A stretch of 64,000 nucleotides of DNA. It comes from Fidelibacterota bacterium (GTDB lineage Bacteria > Fidelibacterota > SORT01). Where the stretch lies: positions 54,332 through 118,331 of the forward strand of contig JACZYG010000002.1 in the NCBI GenBank assembly GCA_022571215.1. Direction: 5' to 3'. The notes beneath the pieces are model-generated. The model made no database searches and was not told where the DNA came from. It worked only from the letters and a program-made list of their open reading frames with translations. How positions within the stretch are numbered: the first letter of the stretch is position 1; each line of letters opens with the position of its first letter. Below, one piece after another: positions 28,154 to 36,801 of this stretch. The position numbers were made by a program, and so were the translations under genes.

Positions 28154-29236
28154 ATGAATATGGATCAGTGGAAAACAATCAGAAGAACTTTCATCGGAAC
28201 AGATCATTTTCTTGCCGATAACGTCCTACTTATTCTCTTGTTTTTACTGATCGGCGGATGCGGTCAGAAAGAGGAAACCAACAATCCGGACGAATTACGG
28301 CTCGGATTTATGCCCGATTTCACTCACGCGCAAGCTTTTGTGGGTATTGAAAAGAAACAATATAAGCTCAACCTGAAAAAAATCGATTTTAAACCGGCGC
28401 TTTACTTGACCGGTTCTTCCATGATGAGGGCGATAGCTCAAAACGAATTAGACATGGCGTTCGTGGATCCACTGTCTGCAATAATCAGTCATTCACGTTC
28501 AGACAGAAATGTGATTCGGGTGATAGGGGGGGTAAGCAGCGGAGGAATACTTTTCGTGGCACAAAGAGATGTGCCGCCTGGACACCTGAATGAATTCAAA
28601 CAAAAAACTATTGCCATTCCCGAGATTAATGGCACACAACATCTTGCGATAAAGAATTATTTTTCCTCCGAAGGTATGAGTCGCTCCATGGAAAGAGGTG
28701 AAATTATATTTTCGCCGACAAACCGGGACGAGTTATTACTTGCGTTCTCAAGACATTCGCTGATAGGAGCGTGGTTCCCGGAACCCTGGGCATCGAAACT
28801 AATCGTCGAAGGGGGAGGATACACCTACATTAACGAAAGTTCGTTGTGGACGAAATCGATATATGCGTCAACGATAATCGTATGCAGGCTCGATTTCCTT
28901 CAAACATATCCGGAGGCTGTCGAGCGATTTCTGAAAGGACATATAGAAACTACATTGTGGATTCGTAATCATAAGGATGAATCGATAAGAATTCTTTCTG
29001 AAGGGATTGAAACACTGACCGGGGAAAATATTTCCCTGACGGTCGCAAATAGGGCTTTTCAAAATATTGTGGCTACATATGACCCGGTGAGACATTCTAT
29101 AATTAAGCTGGCGTCGAGGTCTCAGCGTTTCGGGCTAATTTCTGATATGAGAATTGACGATCTTTTTGAATTTACGCCGATAGACACTATCCTTAGTTAT
29201 AGATACTTGCCACCTATAAAAATGATAATAAATTAG
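28154..29236 (+). CDS. Periplasmic substrate-binding lipoprotein, NMT1/SsuA/TauA-like (nitrate/sulfonate/bicarbonate family)
   Basis: 360 aa; lipobox LIGGC; type 2 periplasmic binding fold sequence features; no adjacent permease or ATPase. Confidence 0.65.
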   Translation: MNMDQWKTIRRTFIGTDHFLADNVLLILLFLLIGGCGQKEETNNPDELRLGFMPDFTHAQAFVGIEKKQYKLNLKKIDFKPALYLTGSSMMRAIAQNELDMAFVDPLSAIISHSRSDRNVIRVIGGVSSGGILFVAQRDVPPGHLNEFKQKTIAIPEINGTQHLAIKNYFSSEGMSRSMERGEIIFSPTNRDELLLAFSRHSLIGAWFPEPWASKLIVEGGGYTYINESSLWTKSIYASTIIVCRLDFLQTYPEAVERFLKGHIETTLWIRNHKDESIRILSEGIETLTGENISLTVANRAFQNIVATYDPVRHSIIKLASRSQRFGLISDMRIDDLFEFTPIDTILSYRYLPPIKMIIN

Positions 29237-29381
29237 ACGGTAACAGCTGTAATAAATGCAGGTATTATGACATAATGACAGGATTGATTGTATTGAATAT
29301 ATGTATTGAGTTTCAGGGTCAGATTCAGTATATTTACTCTATGGTTAGATGTTGGGAGATTTGATATTAAATTTTACCTAT

Positions 29382-29397
29382 TGGCACAAATATTGCA
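29382..29397 (+). promoter_or_regulatory. Candidate sigma-54 (-24/-12) promoter TGGCAC-N5-TTGCA upstream of lon
   Basis: TGGCACaaataTTGCA with GG at 29383-29384 and GC at 29395-29396; about 46 nt upstream of the lon ATG. Confidence 0.5.
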
Positions 29398-29442
29398 AAA
29401 AATAATGATTGAAAACAACATTGTAACCAAGAGATAGATAAT

Positions 29443-31842
29443 ATGGAAGATTTTGAAAACGAACATATACCTGAAGTATTACCGATACTTCCGCTAAGAA
29501 ATACTGTACTCTTTCCTCAGCAGGTCATACCGATATCAATCGGAAGAGAAAAATCTGTAAGTCTGATTTCGAAAGTAAGTGAAACTAATAAATTGATAGG
29601 CGTAGTCGCTCAGCGTGACGGCTCGGTTGAGCATCCGGAGTCCACAGATTTATATGCCTGGGGAACGCTCGCAGCGGTGCTGAAGGTATTTGATATGCCT
29701 GACGGTAGTAAAAGCGCTATCATACAGGGTCTTCAAAGGATAAAATTGATAACGTATTTAGAGGAAGAGCCATATATCAAAGCGGCAGTGCAGCAAATTT
29801 CCGACGATGAAACGACAAGCGATCTTGAGATTGAGGCTATGGCTGTCAACGTAAGATCCGTTTTTCAGGATATTGTTGAGATTGCGCCATATCTGTCTAT
29901 GGAGCATACGTCCCTTCTGGCGAATATTGACGAACCGGGTAAACTTGTGGATAGGGCTATATCAGTTTTGAATATCCGCACTTCTGAAAAACAGATTGTT
30001 TTAGAAGAGGTGAGTATTCGGCGACGTCTCGAAGAATCAATAATTATTCTCAATAGAGAACTTCAAAGATTACAGTTAGGTGAAAAAATACAAACAGAAG
30101 TTCAGGGTGAAATAAACAAGACCCAGAGAGAATATTTTCTAAGGGAGCAGCTGAAGGCTATTAAAAAAGAGCTTGGTGAGGAGGACGATATTGCCCTCGA
30201 ATTAAGAGAATTGAAAGAGAAGATGGACGCCGCAAAACTAAGCGAAGAAGCATTGAAGGTAGCGGAAAAAGAACTTGACAGGCTAAACCGGATACCTCCT
30301 TCCTCTCCGGAATATACTGTTTCAAGGACATATCTCGATTGGCTTATAGATCTCCCCTGGAGCAAGAATACGGAAGACAATATGGATATAAAAGAAGCCG
30401 CGGCGGTTCTCGACGGTGATCATTACGGCCTCAAAAAGGTCAAAGAGCGGATTCTTGAATATCTTGCCGTTAGAAAACTTAAATCGGACATGAAAGGTCC
30501 TATACTCTGCTTTGTCGGTCCTCCCGGAACTGGAAAAACTTCCGTCGGTAAATCAATAGCCGAAGCGGTTGGAAGAAAATTCGTGAGGATATCACTTGGC
30601 GGAGTTCATGATGAGGCGGAGATAAGGGGTCATCGTAGAACCTACATCGGCGCCTTGCCGGGTCGGATTATACAGGGACTTAAAAAAGCCGGTTCGAATA
30701 ATCCTATATTCATGCTGGACGAGATAGACAAGGTCGGCAAAGATTTTCGCGGGGATCCCTCCTCTGCGCTGCTTGAGGTTCTTGACCCGGAACAGAACGA
30801 CACTTTTTCCGATCATTATTTGGAGGTGGAGTTCGATCTCTCGAAGGTAATGTTCATAGCAACCGCGAATATGGTTGATACCATTCCTCCCGCATTGAGG
30901 GACAGGATGGAGGTAATCGAATTTTCGGGATATATCGAAGAAGAAAAAACTCAGATAGCTCGAAAATTCCTCATTCCGAAACAGCTTGCGGAGCATGGTC
31001 TCAGTGACAGAAAACTCGAATTTGAAGAGTCCGGACTAACAGAGATAGTGCATTCTTATACCCGTGAGTCGGGCGTTAGAAATCTCGAAAGACAATTGGC
31101 GAATGTATCACGCAGAGTCGCGAAAGAAATTGTCGAAGGAAACAAAAAGAAAAAGAGAGTGACCAAGGCAAATGTCGCCGATTATCTCGGGCCTGTCAAA
31201 TTTTTCTCCGATGTTGCCGAACGGACTAAAAAACCGGGTATCGCAACCGGTTTAGCATATACGCCTTCAGGAGGTGATATCTTGTTTATCGAGGCTACAT
31301 CAATGCCCGGAAAGGGAAAACTCACCCTGACCGGTCAACTTGGGGATGTAATGAAAGAGTCCGCCGAAGCCGCGAAGTCCTTCATACGTTCGCAAGCGGA
31401 AGAACTCGGAATTGATCCTAAATTTAATGAAAATACGGATATTCACATACACGTACCCGCGGGAGCAATTCCGAAAGACGGTCCATCGGCGGGCGTAACG
31501 ATGCTTTCCGCGATGGTTTCTCTTTTAACAGGCAGGCGTTTGAAGCTTGATATCGCTATGACTGGTGAGATAACGCTTAGAGGCGCTGTTCTCCCAGTTG
31601 GGGGTATACGGGAAAAAGTTCTCGCTGCTCATCGCGCCGGTATCAAAATGATAATCTTACCTGAGAAGAATAAAAAAGATTTAGAAGAGATACCGAAAAA
31701 AACGCTTCGGGGAATGAAATTCCAATTCGCCTCGGAGATGCTCCAGGTTATAGACCTCGCATTGGTGAAAGCTCCGGGCAGGCATTCTCTTCAGAGCAGT
31801 CCGGTAAAAGGGGCGACCCATATCCAATCCGGGAGAGCGTAA
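29443..31842 (+). CDS. lon: ATP-dependent Lon protease
   Basis: 799 aa; Lon N-terminal domain, AAA+ Walker A GPPGTGKTS, protease domain with catalytic Ser in PKDGPSAG. Confidence 0.95.
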   Translation: MEDFENEHIPEVLPILPLRNTVLFPQQVIPISIGREKSVSLISKVSETNKLIGVVAQRDGSVEHPESTDLYAWGTLAAVLKVFDMPDGSKSAIIQGLQRIKLITYLEEEPYIKAAVQQISDDETTSDLEIEAMAVNVRSVFQDIVEIAPYLSMEHTSLLANIDEPGKLVDRAISVLNIRTSEKQIVLEEVSIRRRLEESIIILNRELQRLQLGEKIQTEVQGEINKTQREYFLREQLKAIKKELGEEDDIALELRELKEKMDAAKLSEEALKVAEKELDRLNRIPPSSPEYTVSRTYLDWLIDLPWSKNTEDNMDIKEAAAVLDGDHYGLKKVKERILEYLAVRKLKSDMKGPILCFVGPPGTGKTSVGKSIAEAVGRKFVRISLGGVHDEAEIRGHRRTYIGALPGRIIQGLKKAGSNNPIFMLDEIDKVGKDFRGDPSSALLEVLDPEQNDTFSDHYLEVEFDLSKVMFIATANMVDTIPPALRDRMEVIEFSGYIEEEKTQIARKFLIPKQLAEHGLSDRKLEFEESGLTEIVHSYTRESGVRNLERQLANVSRRVAKEIVEGNKKKKRVTKANVADYLGPVKFFSDVAERTKKPGIATGLAYTPSGGDILFIEATSMPGKGKLTLTGQLGDVMKESAEAAKSFIRSQAEELGIDPKFNENTDIHIHVPAGAIPKDGPSAGVTMLSAMVSLLTGRRLKLDIAMTGEITLRGAVLPVGGIREKVLAAHRAGIKMIILPEKNKKDLEEIPKKTLRGMKFQFASEMLQVIDLALVKAPGRHSLQSSPVKGATHIQSGRA

Positions 31843-31930
31843 AAGAGTATTATGGAGCGCTCCGAAAGTATTACCGTTGTATAATCTGACTTTAAGATAG
31901 ATATTAAACGGTATCTACCAGCTTGTAAAA

Positions 31931-31960
31931 AACCCTCAATTTTAGTTGGGGGTTTTTCTT
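31931..31960 (+). terminator. Rho-independent terminator downstream of lon
   Basis: AACCCTCAA-ttttag-TTGGGGGTT stem (9 bp with one G-U pair in RNA) followed by TTTCTT. Confidence 0.6.
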
Positions 31961-32021
31961 GATATCACGGTTCATTCCGCTGGAGATTCCCGCCGAACAG
32001 ACTCTGACGGCATTTCAATTC

Positions 32022-32068
32022 AACCACCCCTCCGCTTTCAGCGGCGTCCCCTCCTTGTTAGGAGGGGA
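32022..32068 (+). repeat. 47-nt double-hairpin module: AACCACCCC, hairpin CCGCT/AGCGG, hairpin TCCCCTCCT/AGGAGGGGA
   Basis: Paralogue of 25152-25198 with covarying first stem. Confidence 0.55.
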
Positions 32069-32153
32069 TATCTCAAGGAGGCAATACGTGGCGAGGTCTA
32101 TTTAAAGTCCCGTGGATTAAGGAGAATGCGGATAACTGATTTCTAACTCTCGA

Positions 32154-32234
32154 CACACCCCGCCCTGCGGGCACCCCTCTTTTTAGAGGGGAACTTACAT
32201 CCCATCTTCGATGGGATATGTGCGAGTCAGGATT
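32154..32234 (+). repeat. Composite repeat: degenerate double-hairpin module (GCCC/GGGC and CCCCTCT/AGAGGGG) plus ATCCCATC/GATGGGAT hairpin plus conserved TGTGCGAGTCAGGATT box
   Basis: The 16-nt box at 32219-32234 is identical to 53931-53946; the module architecture matches the other copies. Confidence 0.5.
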
Positions 32235-32320
32235 TACCCGCTTGGCTTCAGCCGGACAGACTCTGACGGAACGAAACCTTAAAACCATTAAAATGGTTCA
32301 AAATATTATACTTCTTTGGA

Positions 32321-32346
32321 TAACCCCTGGATTAATCCAGGGGTTA
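32321..32346. repeat. 26-bp perfect palindrome TAACCCCTGGATTAATCCAGGGGTTA
   Basis: Read directly; self-complementary over its full length. Confidence 0.6.
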
Positions 32347-32686
32347 ATAATATGTAATGTTACGAAAAACCGTTTTAACGGTTTTATTCAAAATTCTACA
32401 ACTCAGACATAGGTCTGGCGAGTCTTGAGTACATAATATGAAGGTGGATTATATGGAGTGCTCGAACGGAGTTCTTACGGAACATCAACTGTGTTGATGC
32501 GGCAATGACTCAGTCAAGGTACTCCAAAAGTATTACCATCGCAGTCCTGACAGTTGCAAAAGTTTCTTGTCATGACACCCTTAAAGAACTGATTCCACAG
32601 CTACCTTTTTATTGCTTTCAAGAGGCGTAAAATCTAAATTACGTTGTTACAGCAAAAGTTAATTTAATTATTTAAAGGTTTAAGAA

Positions 32687-33439
32687 ATGTCCGGTCATTC
32701 CAAATGGAGTACCATAAAAAGAAAAAAGGGTATTGAGGACGCGAAGCGTGGAAAGATATTCACGAAGCTGATAAAGGAGATAACGGTTGCCGCAAAAGAG
32801 GGGGGCGGTGATGAATCATCAAATCCGAGATTAAGAGCTGCCATTTCCGTCGCAAAGAACGCTAATATGCCGGCGGCAAATATCGATAAAGCCATAAAAA
32901 GGGGTACCGGCGAGCTTCCGGGAATAGTTTATGAAGAGGCTGTATACGAGGGTTACGGACCGGGTGGAGCGGCGCTTCTTATGTTCACTCTGACCGATAA
33001 TAAAAACAGGACTGTTTCTGAGTTACGGCATTTGCTCACGAAGGCTGACGGCTCTCTCGCGGGACCGGGCAGCGTGGCATGGATCTTTGAACCTAAGGGG
33101 ATTATTCGGATCAAGAAAGATGGAGTAAACGAGGATGAGGTATTTACGGTAGCGGTTGAAGCGGGCGCCGAAGATATGCAGGCGGAGGACGATATGTATG
33201 AAATAATCACTACTCCTGAAAATTACGAAAGTCTGAAATCAGCCCTCGACAGCTCGGGAATAACTATAGATTCAGCCGAACTTACTCATCTACCGAGCAA
33301 CAGTAAAAAGATCGAGGGTGATGACGCAAAGAAATTCCTTCATTTGATGGAGGAGATAGAATCTCACGATGATATTCAGAACGTCTACTCGAATTTTGAT
33401 ATTGATGATAGTGTCATTGAGGAATTAGCTTCTGTCTGA
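32687..33439 (+). CDS. yebC: YebC/PmpR family DNA-binding transcriptional regulator
   Basis: 250 aa; MSGHSKWSTIKRKKG N-terminus is diagnostic. Confidence 0.9.
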   Translation: MSGHSKWSTIKRKKGIEDAKRGKIFTKLIKEITVAAKEGGGDESSNPRLRAAISVAKNANMPAANIDKAIKRGTGELPGIVYEEAVYEGYGPGGAALLMFTLTDNKNRTVSELRHLLTKADGSLAGPGSVAWIFEPKGIIRIKKDGVNEDEVFTVAVEAGAEDMQAEDDMYEIITTPENYESLKSALDSSGITIDSAELTHLPSNSKKIEGDDAKKFLHLMEEIESHDDIQNVYSNFDIDDSVIEELASV

Positions 33440-33449
33440 GGAGAATAAA

Positions 33450-33929
33450 ATTCTAACCATCCTCGGTATTGATCCGGGTCTTGCCACAGCAGGCTATGGA
33501 GTAATTAATCGAACAGGCAATAAATTAAGTTATGTTGATTCGGGTGAAATCACCACTCAGCCGAAAACTCCGTTTGGAACTCGATTATTGGCGATAAACA
33601 ACTGGCTTCGGGAGATCATTGAAAAAGTGAAGCCTCAAATAGGAGTAGTGGAGGAGACGTTTTACGGATCGAACGCTAAGACAGCTTTACAGATGGGTCA
33701 TGCCCGCGGGGCTATTTTACTGACTCTTTCTCAAGCGAATGTCGAGTGCGCTGAATATTCGGCACGCTCGATAAAGCAGTCTGTGGTCGGTAACGGGAGC
33801 GCTTCAAAAGAGCAGGTAGAATACATGGTAAAGAACATTCTTAATGTGAAGGAGCTGCCGGGCGAACACGCTTCAGATGCGCTTGCGGCGGCGATATGTC
33901 ATGCAAATCACGGAGACTTCGGTCTGTGA
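33450..33929 (+). CDS. ruvC: Holliday junction resolvase RuvC (start codon uncertain)
   Basis: Frame reads ILTILGIDPGLATAGYGVI...ASDALAAAICHANH. The reading frame is open only from 33429 and has no ATG/GTG/TTG before the conserved N-terminus; an ATT at 33450 sits 7 nt after a GGAG. Confidence 0.75.
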   Translation: MLTILGIDPGLATAGYGVINRTGNKLSYVDSGEITTQPKTPFGTRLLAINNWLREIIEKVKPQIGVVEETFYGSNAKTALQMGHARGAILLTLSQANVECAEYSARSIKQSVVGNGSASKEQVEYMVKNILNVKELPGEHASDALAAAICHANHGDFGL

Positions 33930-34528
33930 TAACTCATTTAAAGGGCACACTCGTAAGCAAGGAACCGGTTCTTGTGACCATAGACGTCGGCGGGTTGGGC
34001 TATTCCGTGCATATACCTCTGAGTACCTTTGAAAAACTGCCGGAAAAAGATTCCTCTGTAATGTTATACACGCATCTTCATATCCGGGAAGACGAGATGT
34101 CGCTCTTCGGGTTCTATACCGAGGAAGAGAGGAAAATGTTTCGCCTTCTGATCGCCATATCCGGCATAGGTCCAAAAGTTGCCCTTGGAATCCTTTCCGG
34201 CACAGGCATAATGCAATTGAAAAAAGCGGTTACGGAAGGTGATGTGGAGCGGTTAACAACTATCAAGGGAATAGGAAAGAAAACCGCTCAGCGATTGATA
34301 GTGGAATTAAGGGACAAATTCGGCGCGCCGGATGACGGTGACGAATGGTTGAGAGAGGGCGATGAAGCTGAGTCGGATTCCAGTATCATGACCACTGTTT
34401 CGGCTTTGGAGACGCTCGGTTATTCCCGCAAGCAGGCATTTGAGGCGGCTAAACGGTCCGTTCGTTCTTTAGGCGCGGACGCGCTGCCGGAAGAACTGAT
34501 ACGTGACGCCTTGAGCAATATAAGATAG
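33925..34528 (+). CDS. ruvA: Holliday junction DNA helicase subunit RuvA
   Basis: GTG start overlapping the ruvC stop; (V)ITHLKGTL...LLIAISGIGPKVALGILSG...IKGIGKKTAQRLIVEL HhH motifs. Confidence 0.9.
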
Positions 34529-34540
34529 GATAAGAGAAAA

Positions 34541-35701
34541 GTGTATTTAGCTGATAGAACGAATAGACTCGGAACAGAGACGGCGTTTGAGGTACTCGCG
34601 AGAGCAAAAGCGCTTGAGGCTCAGGGAAAATCAATTATTCATCTTGAGATTGGAGAACCCGATTTCGATACGCCCCGTCACATCATTGAAGCGGCGCATA
34701 AGGCTCTCGATGAAGGATGGACCCATTACGGTCCCGCTTCGGGCGACTTGGAGTTGAAAGAAGCGATTGTTGAAGAGATGAAATCAACGAGGAGTGTGGA
34801 TATAGGGGTGGAGAACGTAGTTGTCACGCCCGGCGCAAAACCGATAATGTTTTACGGAATATTATCTTGTATCGAGGAAGGCGATGAGGTTATTTACCCG
34901 AATCCCGGATTTCCCATATACGAATCAATGATCAATTTTATAGGCGCAAAAGCGGTACCGCTCACTCTACGTGAAGAGAAGGATTTCAGCTTTGATGTAG
35001 AAGAATTAAAGAGTCTTATCAATGATAAGACTCGAATGATAATCATTAATTCCCCGCAAAATCCGACCGGCGGTATACTTTCGTTGGAGGATTTGGAACA
35101 GATAGCTTCGTTGGTGGCAGACAGAGATATCATAGTGATGACAGACGAAGTTTACAGTCGAATGGTTTATGAGGGGCAGCATCACTCGATTTTATCACTT
35201 GACGGAATGAAGGAAAAAACGATACTCATAGAAGGATTTTCGAAGACCTATGCCATGACTGGATGGCGGCTCGGATACGGGGTGATGCCGAAAAATGTCG
35301 CTGATATGGTTTCAAAATTTATGGTGAACAGTAATTCCTGTACCGCATCGTTTACTCAAAGGGCGGGAATACAGGCTCTTAGAGGACCGCAGGATGACTC
35401 TGAAAATATGATTGCTAAATTCAAAGAACGGAAATCGGTTATCGTGGATGGTTTGAACTCTCTTCCGGGTATCAGTTGCCGAACTCCAAAAGGAGCTTTT
35501 TATGTCTTCCCGAACATCAAGGAAACGGGGCTGACCTCGGAGGAGGCGGAGAATAAATTTCTGAACGATGCCGGAGTCGCTTGTTTAAAAGGAACGTCTT
35601 TTGGAGCTAACGGAGAGGGCTACGTCCGTTTTTCGTATGCTAATTCTAAAGAGAATATCAGAGAGGCGTTAGATAGGATAGAAAGGGTGCTGACAGGATG
35701 A
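34541..35701 (+). CDS. Pyridoxal-phosphate-dependent aminotransferase, class I (aspartate aminotransferase-like)
   Basis: 386 aa; NSPQNPTGG and PLP-lysine motif EGFSKTYAMTGWRLGY. Confidence 0.85.
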   Translation: MYLADRTNRLGTETAFEVLARAKALEAQGKSIIHLEIGEPDFDTPRHIIEAAHKALDEGWTHYGPASGDLELKEAIVEEMKSTRSVDIGVENVVVTPGAKPIMFYGILSCIEEGDEVIYPNPGFPIYESMINFIGAKAVPLTLREEKDFSFDVEELKSLINDKTRMIIINSPQNPTGGILSLEDLEQIASLVADRDIIVMTDEVYSRMVYEGQHHSILSLDGMKEKTILIEGFSKTYAMTGWRLGYGVMPKNVADMVSKFMVNSNSCTASFTQRAGIQALRGPQDDSENMIAKFKERKSVIVDGLNSLPGISCRTPKGAFYVFPNIKETGLTSEEAENKFLNDAGVACLKGTSFGANGEGYVRFSYANSKENIREALDRIERVLTG

Positions 35702-36792
35702 GCGGGATGAAAAGAACTCCATTATACGATTCGCATCTGAAAGCGGGTGGGAAGATGGTCGAATTTGCGGGATACGAAATGCCTGTGCAGTACGCGGGTA
35801 TAGGTATCGTAGAGGAACATAGAGCGGTTCGAGAACGGGTCGGACTATTTGATGTTTCGCACATGGGTGAATTCAAGGTCAGCGGGAGCGACTCACTTGA
35901 GTTTCTCCAAAAAATGACGCTGAATGATGTGTCGAAATTAGAGGTGAACCAGGCGCAATATTCGGGAATCTGCTATGAAGACGGAGGAATGGTTGACGAT
36001 CTGCTCGTTTACAAATTTGAAGATCATTATATGCTCGTCGTGAACGCTTCCAACATAGAGAAAGATTTTGATTGGTTCGATTCTCACAAACCTGAGGGCG
36101 TGGAGTTGATAAACGAGTCGGATGATACGGCATTGCTCGCCTTACAGGGAAAATATTCAAAGGATGTATTAAATAAACTCACTTCTTTGGCGCTTGACGA
36201 CATAAAATATTACCGGTTCGAAATCGGGAGCGTTTCGGGGAAGGAAGCAACTGTATCCCGTACCGGTTATACCGGAGAGTTAGGTTTCGAACTTTATCTG
36301 AAAGCGGAAGACGCCCTGGAGGTCTGGAATGATCTGATGTCGGCAGGCGCAGAATTCGACATTAAACCAACGGGGCTTGGAGCGCGGGATACGCTGAGGC
36401 TCGAGATGTGTTACCCATTATACGGTAACGATATCGATCAGACGACCAATCCGATCGAAGCAGGATTGGGTTGGATAACGAAGCTGAATAAGGGTGACTT
36501 TATAGGTTCGACTCTGCTTAGACAAATAAAAGAGAATGGTCCTTCCAAGAGGCTTGTAGCGTTCGAGATGGAAAGGAAAGCGATACCGAGACACGATTAT
36601 GAGATTTTACTTGATGATAAAATAATCGGTAAAGTTACAAGCGGAACGTTTTCCCCTACGCTTCGAATAGGGATAGGACTCGGATATGTCAGAGCGGGAA
36701 ATCATAAACCGGAGACTGAGATAAAAATAGACATTCGGGGCAGATACGAATCCGCTAAGATCATTAAACCACCATTTTACAAACCTGAATAA
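35698..36792 (+). CDS. gcvT: Glycine cleavage system aminomethyltransferase T
   Basis: 364 aa; TPLYDSH...FAGYEMPVQY...LFDVSHMGEF conserved GcvT N-terminus. Confidence 0.9.
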   Translation: MSGMKRTPLYDSHLKAGGKMVEFAGYEMPVQYAGIGIVEEHRAVRERVGLFDVSHMGEFKVSGSDSLEFLQKMTLNDVSKLEVNQAQYSGICYEDGGMVDDLLVYKFEDHYMLVVNASNIEKDFDWFDSHKPEGVELINESDDTALLALQGKYSKDVLNKLTSLALDDIKYYRFEIGSVSGKEATVSRTGYTGELGFELYLKAEDALEVWNDLMSAGAEFDIKPTGLGARDTLRLEMCYPLYGNDIDQTTNPIEAGLGWITKLNKGDFIGSTLLRQIKENGPSKRLVAFEMERKAIPRHDYEILLDDKIIGKVTSGTFSPTLRIGIGLGYVRAGNHKPETEIKIDIRGRYESAKIIKPPFYKPE

Positions 36793-36801
36793 ATTACCTG
36801 T

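Noticed and set aside
24957-32420. Possibility that the intergenic repeats form a CRISPR array
   Set aside because: The repeats are not regularly spaced short direct repeats separated by unique spacers; copies are dispersed over tens of kb, differ in sequence and length, and no cas genes are present.
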